Origin: Syntrophorhabdaceae bacterium
GTDB lineage: Bacteria > Desulfobacterota > Syntrophorhabdia > Syntrophorhabdales > Syntrophorhabdaceae
Assembly: GCA_963665295.1 (NCBI GenBank)
Contig: OY762209.1
Coordinates: 3,616,001-3,680,000, forward strand
Direction: 5' to 3'
DNA length: 64,000 nt
Each line of letters starts with the position of its first letter. The first letter of the stretch is position 1. This document shows positions 57,922 to 64,000 of the stretch, piece after piece. Under the pieces are notes generated by a model. The model made no database searches. It saw only the letters and a list, made by a program, of their open reading frames with translations, and was not told the origin of the DNA. The position numbers were made by a program, and so were the translations under genes.

Positions 57922-57995
57922 GAGCGAAGGGCCTGAGGCGCCCGCGAATCACGGGGCCCCGGACCGCGCTTCTTTGCAAATGTGCCCCTGAAGGC

Positions 57996-58415
57996 TCACT
58001 CCAGAAAGGGGAGCTTCTCCTTCTTTCTGTATACAAGCGCCTGACACAGCGCGATTAAACCCTCTTCGTCCCTTACCGTGATTTGATACGTGGCAGTCTT
58101 CCGACCCTTGTTCATTTCCCTGGATTCCGCCTGAAGGAGTGAATTCTTTTTCGCGGGTTTGATGTAAGTGATGTTCATGTTGAGGGCGACAGCCATGGTC
58201 CCATGACTGTTTGAGGATATCTCGAAGGCCTCGTCGATCAGGGAAAAGACGGCGCCGCCGTGGGCGATGTTATGGATATTGTCCATTGCGTCGGTGTACA
58301 TCATTTCGCAGAGGGCGTAGCCCTCATCGACGTCGATGAGACGGATATTGAGGAATTTGGCAAAGGGTTCTTCCGTGACCTTCTTGATGAATATCTGTCT
58401 TGTTTCCGTGTCCAT
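57996..58415 (-). CDS. PaaI-family acyl-CoA thioesterase
   Basis: NIHNIAHGGAVFSLID hotdog motif. Confidence 0.9.
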   Translation of the reverse strand: MDTETRQIFIKKVTEEPFAKFLNIRLIDVDEGYALCEMMYTDAMDNIHNIAHGGAVFSLIDEAFEISSNSHGTMAVALNMNITYIKPAKKNSLLQAESREMNKGRKTATYQITVRDEEGLIALCQALVYRKKEKLPFLE

Positions 58416-58449
58416 AGTCGATCTCCTTTATTTTTACGTTAGGCCTTTT

Positions 58450-59661
58450 TTAGGCCTTCTTTTTCAATATGAGGGATCCTGCGGCTCCGATGATGGAGAC
58501 AAAGGCGGACAGGAGGAATGCGTTGGTGAAGTTCCCTGTTGCGTCCTTAATCCACCCGGCCACGGCAGGACCGAATGCCTGCCCTATGCCGAAGAAAAGG
58601 GTAATGAACCCCAGTCCGGCAGGCGCGAGCCTTCCTCCTACGGAATCGCCCGCTGCCGCAGCCATGATCGCCGGTATTGAGAACGCGGTGATGCCGAAGA
58701 TGACTGCAGAGAGGTAAAACCCGACGGGACCCTTCCAGAAGGCAAAGATCAGATACGAGAGAGCCAGGGTCAGATACGCGAACATGGCGCCGTACCTCCG
58801 CCCGAGCACGTCGGAAATACCGCCCCAGACGACGCCGCAGAAGATGCTGAAGAAACCGAGCAACGCAAAGATTCCCCCGGCGGCCTTGGGGGCCAGCCCC
58901 ATCTCCTTGGTAAGGTAGGCCACAAAAAAGGTGAGATAAATAATGTAAGAGAACCCATACATGAAGTAGACGCAGCCGAGTTTCCAGATTTCCTTCTCTC
59001 CCACCACGTCCTTCCATGCGGAAAAGAGGGTGACTTTAGGGCCCCCTTTCGATTCTTCCGCGCCGCCGAATACGCTGAGCCCCATCTCTGCGGGGTTATC
59101 CCTGAGGAGGCAATAGCATACGAGGGAAAGGACAAAGACTATGGCACCCATGAGATACCAGGCATACCTCCAGCCTTCCTGGCCGTACCTGGTGATGAAG
59201 AAAGGAAGAATAAGTCCCGATATGGAAAGCCCTATGCCGATGCCTGCGGCAACGATGCCCGTTGCGAGGCCTCTCTTCTTGGCTACGAACCATGCAGCGG
59301 GAAGTGCCATCATGGGGACATAGCTCGCGCCGTTGCCCATACCGGTGATGAGCCGCATAAGAAAAGCAAACCCGAAGGATTCGGAAAGGCCGGTAAGGAA
59401 CAGGCTGATTCCCATGACGAGAAGGGAAACGAGGGTGACTTTTCTTACTCCGAACCGCGCCGCCAGAAACCCTCCGATTACCGCGAGACAGAGATATCCG
59501 ATAAAGTTGCCTGTGGCTATGAGACCTACCTGGGTGTAATCAAGAGACAGGCCTTCCTTCATCGAAGGAAGTATTACGGAATAAGACATCCTGCCGAATC
59601 CGTGAGAAAGGACGACGACCAAAGTTCCCGTAAAAGCCACGATCCACGCGTAATGTACCAT
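58450..59661 (-). CDS. MFS transporter (YbfB/YjiJ-like)
   Basis: GFGRMSY, NFIGYL, GISDVLGRR; about 12 TM segments. Confidence 0.88.
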   Translation of the reverse strand: MVHYAWIVAFTGTLVVVLSHGFGRMSYSVILPSMKEGLSLDYTQVGLIATGNFIGYLCLAVIGGFLAARFGVRKVTLVSLLVMGISLFLTGLSESFGFAFLMRLITGMGNGASYVPMMALPAAWFVAKKRGLATGIVAAGIGIGLSISGLILPFFITRYGQEGWRYAWYLMGAIVFVLSLVCYCLLRDNPAEMGLSVFGGAEESKGGPKVTLFSAWKDVVGEKEIWKLGCVYFMYGFSYIIYLTFFVAYLTKEMGLAPKAAGGIFALLGFFSIFCGVVWGGISDVLGRRYGAMFAYLTLALSYLIFAFWKGPVGFYLSAVIFGITAFSIPAIMAAAAGDSVGGRLAPAGLGFITLFFGIGQAFGPAVAGWIKDATGNFTNAFLLSAFVSIIGAAGSLILKKKA

Positions 59662-59688
59662 GGATAACCCCCTTGCGTAAGCATTGCA

Positions 59689-60444
59689 TCAGGAAATGCC
59701 TGACAGCATGTCGCTCATACGCTTCGCGGCCTCGCCAAGATGGGCGATTACGGACGGAAGCACCTTGTCGTGAAGCGAATCCGATAATCCTACAACCCAC
59801 AAAAGCCCCCTAAGCTTGCCGTCCCGAAAAACGGGAGCGGTGACGGCCCGCACCCCTTCGCGGAATTCTTCAAGATTGAGGGCATACCCGTACCGCCTTG
59901 CCTTTTCAACTTCGCGAAGAAGCCCGTCTATGTCGGTGATGCTCTTGGCGGTGTAATGGGGAAGAGGTTTGTCTTTCAGGTAATCGCGAATCTCCGGATC
60001 AGTCATGGTACTGAGGTAGACCTTAAGGAGCGCGGGAGTCATAATGGGAAAGAGGGCGCCCACAGGCGTGGCGATGGTGAATTCCTTTTTCCCTTCGACT
60101 ACCTGTACTACCCTCACCCTGTCACCTTCTACAACCCCCAGGCAGATTGTCTCATCCACAAGCTCCGAGAGACTTTCCATAAAAGGCCTCACCAGGATAC
60201 TGAACTCCGTGGCAAGGAGGGTCTCCTTCGAGAACCGGATCAGGCCTTCTGCCACGCGATACTGTTTGGTCGCCCGGTCCTGTTCGAGGAAACCTTCTTC
60301 CTTGAGGGCCCCAAGTATTCCGAAGGCAGTGCTTTTGTTGAGACCGAGGTTCTTCGATATCTCGCTCACTCCCGCGGGTTTTTCGCGGTGGACTATAAAA
60401 CGGAGGACCCCTATGGCCTTTCTTACGGCATCGGCACTATACAT
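59689..60444 (-). CDS. IclR-family transcriptional regulator
   Basis: GVSEISKNLGLNKSTAFGIL, GYALNLEEF..GVRAVTAPV. Confidence 0.92.
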   Translation of the reverse strand: MYSADAVRKAIGVLRFIVHREKPAGVSEISKNLGLNKSTAFGILGALKEEGFLEQDRATKQYRVAEGLIRFSKETLLATEFSILVRPFMESLSELVDETICLGVVEGDRVRVVQVVEGKKEFTIATPVGALFPIMTPALLKVYLSTMTDPEIRDYLKDKPLPHYTAKSITDIDGLLREVEKARRYGYALNLEEFREGVRAVTAPVFRDGKLRGLLWVVGLSDSLHDKVLPSVIAHLGEAAKRMSDMLSGIS

Positions 60445-60566
60445 GTTCGTTATAGTGAATTATATGCCTTGTATCAAACCTGTCAAGCTAATTATGCTTG
60501 ACATATAACACCATAATGGATAAAGAGTTAAATATGGTATATCGATTAGCGTTCGGTATAAAGAAT
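60445..60566. promoter_or_regulatory. Divergent promoter region with two putative IclR operators
   Basis: GTTCGTTATAGTGAAT (60445-60460) and GTTCGGTATAAAGAAT (60551-60566); minus-strand TTGACA-16-TATAAT. Confidence 0.6.
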
Positions 60567-60577
60567 AGGAGGCCGGC

Positions 60578-61462
60578 ATGACGAAAGAACATCTCGACAT
60601 GAGGGGATTTCTTATAATGGTTATCCTGACCTTGCTGTGGGGAATAAACTATCCCGCAGTCAAGATATCGAACGCGGGGTTCTCTCCCATCTTCAACTCT
60701 TTTCTCAGGTCGTCCATTGCCTCCCTCCTGGGCATTGCATATTGCATAAGGATAAAGGAGCCTTTTTTTCACAAGGACATCCGTCTGTTCCACGGCTTCA
60801 TGGTGGGACTCTTCTTTGGGCTGGAATTCGTCTGTATTTATCTGGGGATGTATTACACCGACTCGGCGCGGGCGGTGATACTTATCAATATCTCCCCCTT
60901 TGTCGTGGTTATAGGGGCGTATGTCTTTCTCAAAGAAAACCTGAGTGTCAGGAAAGTGGCAGGGCTTATACTGGCGTTCGCGGGATTGTATCTGGTATTT
61001 CGCGGGAAACCGAGGACATGGACGCCATCCATGCTGACAGGAGACCTCCTTGAGATAGGTGGGGCAGTCTTCTGGGGGGCGACCACCGTCTATATCAAGA
61101 AGTACCTGGCGGAAAGGGTCCATCCTATTCACACATTTCTCTATCAACTCGTCTTTTCCGTCCCTGTCACCTTTGTGTGCGCCCTTCTCCTTGAGGACAA
61201 GTGGATATTGGACGTCAATGCCACGATACTTGGCGCCCTCTTGTATTCTTCGGTGATTGTGGCCTTTATCTCGTATTTTGTCTGGTTTAAGCTGATCCAC
61301 GTGTACCCTGTGTCGGAACTCGCGGTCTTTACATTTCTTATGCCGGTCTTCGGCGTTGCCGCGGGAGCTCTCATCCTTAAGGAGCAGCTTACCTTCGGGC
61401 TCCTGGCAGGACTTTGTGCTGTCAGTATAGGCATCTATATAACGAACAAACGAGCCCGGTAA
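60578..61462 (+). CDS. EamA/DMT family transporter
   Basis: LLWGINYPAVK; two EamA repeats. Confidence 0.9.
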   Translation: MTKEHLDMRGFLIMVILTLLWGINYPAVKISNAGFSPIFNSFLRSSIASLLGIAYCIRIKEPFFHKDIRLFHGFMVGLFFGLEFVCIYLGMYYTDSARAVILINISPFVVVIGAYVFLKENLSVRKVAGLILAFAGLYLVFRGKPRTWTPSMLTGDLLEIGGAVFWGATTVYIKKYLAERVHPIHTFLYQLVFSVPVTFVCALLLEDKWILDVNATILGALLYSSVIVAFISYFVWFKLIHVYPVSELAVFTFLMPVFGVAAGALILKEQLTFGLLAGLCAVSIGIYITNKRAR

Positions 61463-61770
61463 GGAAGAAACCGCTCCCGCGGTCCGGGCAACCGGCCCTG
61501 CCGGGTATTACCCGAAAACGATCTACAGATCCTCTCGGTCAGCCGTGCTCCATTGACATGCCCGCAGGAGAACACTAAATAGTGACTATGTGGTGCGAGG
61601 CAGCCGGTTAGGGGCAGGGTGGCGCAAAGGGGGCTTTCCGCCGGAAAAAAGGGAATACCGCGCGAGGAGACGGAAGTGATGGGGCACCCCCCGGGGGAAG
61701 AAATCCGATCTTCTTGACGGGGCCATCTGTGTGGGATATCCTGTTGACCAGTGTTTGAGGGGTAAAACGA

Positions 61771-62244
61771 ATGACTTTTCAAATTAAGGCAAATCCGATA
61801 GGTATCATCCATTCTCTCTACACCACAAAAGATGAGACCCCTATACAGGGAGTCATGGCTCCCGACGGGTTCGCCAGGGTCGAGATTTTCCCCGAGTACG
61901 CGGAGGGACTCAAGGACATTGAGGCATTCACTCACATCTTTCTCATCTACGCCTTCGACAGGGCGGGACCGGTCACGCTTGTTCGCCCCACGTTTCTCGA
62001 TGACAAACCGCACGGGGTGTTCGCGTCCCGGCATCCGTGCCGTCCTTCGGGACTTGGCCTCACGGTGGTCAGGCTTGTCGGCCGGGAGGGTAATATCCTC
62101 CACGTGAGCGGGATAGATGTACTGGACAGGACGCCTCTTGTCGACATCAAGCCCTACGTACGGAGATTTGATTGTTTCCCTGAAGCGTCGGAGGGATGGG
62201 TTTCAGGTGTGGTTGAAAGACCGAAACCGGAAGGCAGAGAATAG
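61771..62244 (+). CDS. tsaA: tRNA (N6-threonylcarbamoyladenosine-37) methyltransferase TrmO
   Basis: PIGIIHS, GVFASRHPCRP, LDRTPLVDIKPY. Confidence 0.9.
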   Translation: MTFQIKANPIGIIHSLYTTKDETPIQGVMAPDGFARVEIFPEYAEGLKDIEAFTHIFLIYAFDRAGPVTLVRPTFLDDKPHGVFASRHPCRPSGLGLTVVRLVGREGNILHVSGIDVLDRTPLVDIKPYVRRFDCFPEASEGWVSGVVERPKPEGRE

Positions 62245-62278
62245 ACCGGCCTGAATCCTGGCCGGGAAGGACTGAAAC

Positions 62279-62695
62279 GTGAATAAAGAAGCGGAGTTGA
62301 TCCATTGCCATACCTTGACGCAGAGTGAAGGCGGCTACGAAATCGGCGCGGTGGTCTATGAACTCGGCAACGACTGTCTTATTATACTCCATGGGGGGTC
62401 AAAGCCCCATATAGGAGCAATAGGGATGGGCCAGGTGAGAGTGAGTTTGAAAGATCCCGGCAAAGTCGCCGCGACAAGTTCGGTCTTTACCTACGTGGGT
62501 CATAAAGAGGATGTAATAGCCAAGGGCTTGTCGGAGGAAATTACCCGCAGGCTCGGAAGAAATACGGTGATCGTGGCCGGGGTTCATTGGGATGATCTGC
62601 CTGAGGAAGGGATAAGGACTGTCACGAATATCTGCCGGTCTTTGAGCGACAGGATAGTGGAGAAATTGGCCCGACCCGGTCGTGAATCTTCGTGA
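62279..62695 (+). CDS. LpdD-like hypothetical protein
   Basis: GGSKPHIGA, GHKED, VAGVHWD. Confidence 0.65.
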   Translation: MNKEAELIHCHTLTQSEGGYEIGAVVYELGNDCLIILHGGSKPHIGAIGMGQVRVSLKDPGKVAATSSVFTYVGHKEDVIAKGLSEEITRRLGRNTVIVAGVHWDDLPEEGIRTVTNICRSLSDRIVEKLARPGRESS

Positions 62696-62813
62696 CATGG
62701 GGAGAGAACAGCCCTCGAATGATACGAATAAGCGGTAGGTACTCTCCCTGTCCGTAGCGTGAGGAAACAGGAAGTTCGCTGACGGATGCCCGGCGACAAA
62801 AGAATGGTGGCGG

Positions 62814-64000
62814 ATGCTTAACAGGAACTGTGTGGGTAAAACAACACTTATCACAATACAGGCAATTCTCTTCCTCTGGATATTGTCCGTTGCAACGGCC
62901 GCGGCGTCGGCAAGGGACGAAGCCGTCCTTCGTTCCACGCTGCCAAACGGACTCAGGGTGGTCATTGTGCGGAACACCCTTGCCCCCGTTGTCTCCATGG
63001 TCGTTAATTACCTCGTAGGCTCCAACGAGGAACCCGAAGAATTTCCCGGCATGGCCCATGCCCAGGAGCATATGATGTTCCGGGGGAGCCCGGGTCTTAA
63101 CGCGGACCAGCTTGCCAACATTATGTCCGCCCTGGGAGGAATATTCAATGCCCGGACCAGACAGACAGTGACTCAGTATTTCCTCACGGTCCCCTCCAAA
63201 GACCTCGATGTGGCCCTCCATACCGAGGCAGTCCGCATGCGGGGTGTGATTGACAGTGAACCGCTCTGGTGCAGGGAGCGAGGCGCCATTGAACAGGAGG
63301 TGGCCGAGGATGTGTCTGATCCGGAGTATCTCTCCGACGAACATATGCTCTCTCATATATTCAGAGGTACCCCTTACGCGCATACGCCCCTCGGGTCCGT
63401 CTCCTCCTTTGAGAAGACTACCGGAGCCATGCTGAAAGAGTTTCATGATACCTGGTATGTGCCCAACAACGCGATCCTTGTAATTGTAGGTGACGTGAAA
63501 CCCCGGAAGGCACTCAGCCGGGTCCGAAAGTTTTTCGGACCCATCCCCGGAAGAGCGATTCGAAAGCGGCCGGAGGTCTGCCCCGTTCCCGCGGAGCCGG
63601 AGACGTTGTATCTCAAAACGGATCAGTCTTATGGCATGGCCAGGGTCTCTTTCCGCATGCCCGGGAGCGACAGCTCCGATTTTCCCGCGAGCCAGATATT
63701 GGCCGATGTCCTGAACAGTCAGCGGGGAAGTCTCTTCTCTCTGGTACCCGAGGGCAAGGCGTTCTACGCGGGCTTCAGCCTCAACGCGCTGCCCTGCGCC
63801 GGCACGGGCAGTGCCGTTATCGCATTTCCAAAGGGAGCCGATGCCTCAGCCCTGGCGCGAGAGATTCGAAATATCCTTAAGAAAGATGTAGAGAAGGGTT
63901 TTTCGCCTGAGCTTGTGGAGGCTTCCAAACGTGTCCGGCTCACGAAGACGGAGCTGAGGAAGAATTCAATACAGGGTCTGGCGGCTGCGTGGTCAAACTC
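62814..64000 (+). CDS. M16 family zinc protease (pitrilysin-like), truncated by window end; absent from the ORF track
   Basis: Manual translation: signal peptide, TLPNGLRVVIV, VGSNEE..PGMAHAQEHMMFRGS (HxxEH). Confidence 0.9.
   Translation, partial: MLNRNCVGKTTLITIQAILFLWILSVATAAASARDEAVLRSTLPNGLRVVIVRNTLAPVVSMVVNYLVGSNEEPEEFPGMAHAQEHMMFRGSPGLNADQLANIMSALGGIFNARTRQTVTQYFLTVPSKDLDVALHTEAVRMRGVIDSEPLWCRERGAIEQEVAEDVSDPEYLSDEHMLSHIFRGTPYAHTPLGSVSSFEKTTGAMLKEFHDTWYVPNNAILVIVGDVKPRKALSRVRKFFGPIPGRAIRKRPEVCPVPAEPETLYLKTDQSYGMARVSFRMPGSDSSDFPASQILADVLNSQRGSLFSLVPEGKAFYAGFSLNALPCAGTGSAVIAFPKGADASALAREIRNILKKDVEKGFSPELVEASKRVRLTKTELRKNSIQGLAAAWSN

Noticed and set aside
61463..61770. Riboswitch or ncRNA upstream of tsaA
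   Set aside because: GC-rich short hairpins but no conserved motif I can recognise
1..64000. CRISPR array, tRNA or rRNA
   Set aside because: No regularly spaced repeats or RNA-gene signatures seen by eye

Overview
A 64 kb chromosomal segment from an anaerobic, probably deltaproteobacterial (Syntrophorhabdus-like, by inference) genome. Most of it is ordinary backbone: glmS/glmU/tat, a perR-cydAB-dfx-rbr oxygen-stress cluster, argS/lepB, a yedF/cysteine desulfurase/MoaD cluster, a GAPDH variant opposite a giant PPDK-like gene, thiolase-crotonase-etfBA, a kdp locus with a split KdpD, an IS1634 element and an IclR/MFS/thioesterase cluster. The standout is a ~12.5 kb accessory defence island (about 3240-15790) directly downstream of glmS. 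It encodes a metallo-beta-lactamase ending in a free Gly, an E2-E1-JAB fusion (6A-MBL-type ubiquitin-like module) and an extra multi-TM protein. Face-to-face consensus promoters with repeated operator half-sites separate these from a divergent HTH repressor + IrrE-like HExxH protease pair (CapH/CapP-like), followed by a Lit-type peptidase. The protease gene is split by an IS3-family element with a 3-bp ATC duplication; removing it restores a 348-aa ORF, so the switch may be locked off. Decayed orphan antitoxins lie near both island ends. No rRNA, tRNA or CRISPR array was seen. Family calls come from motif recognition only; no database searches were run.
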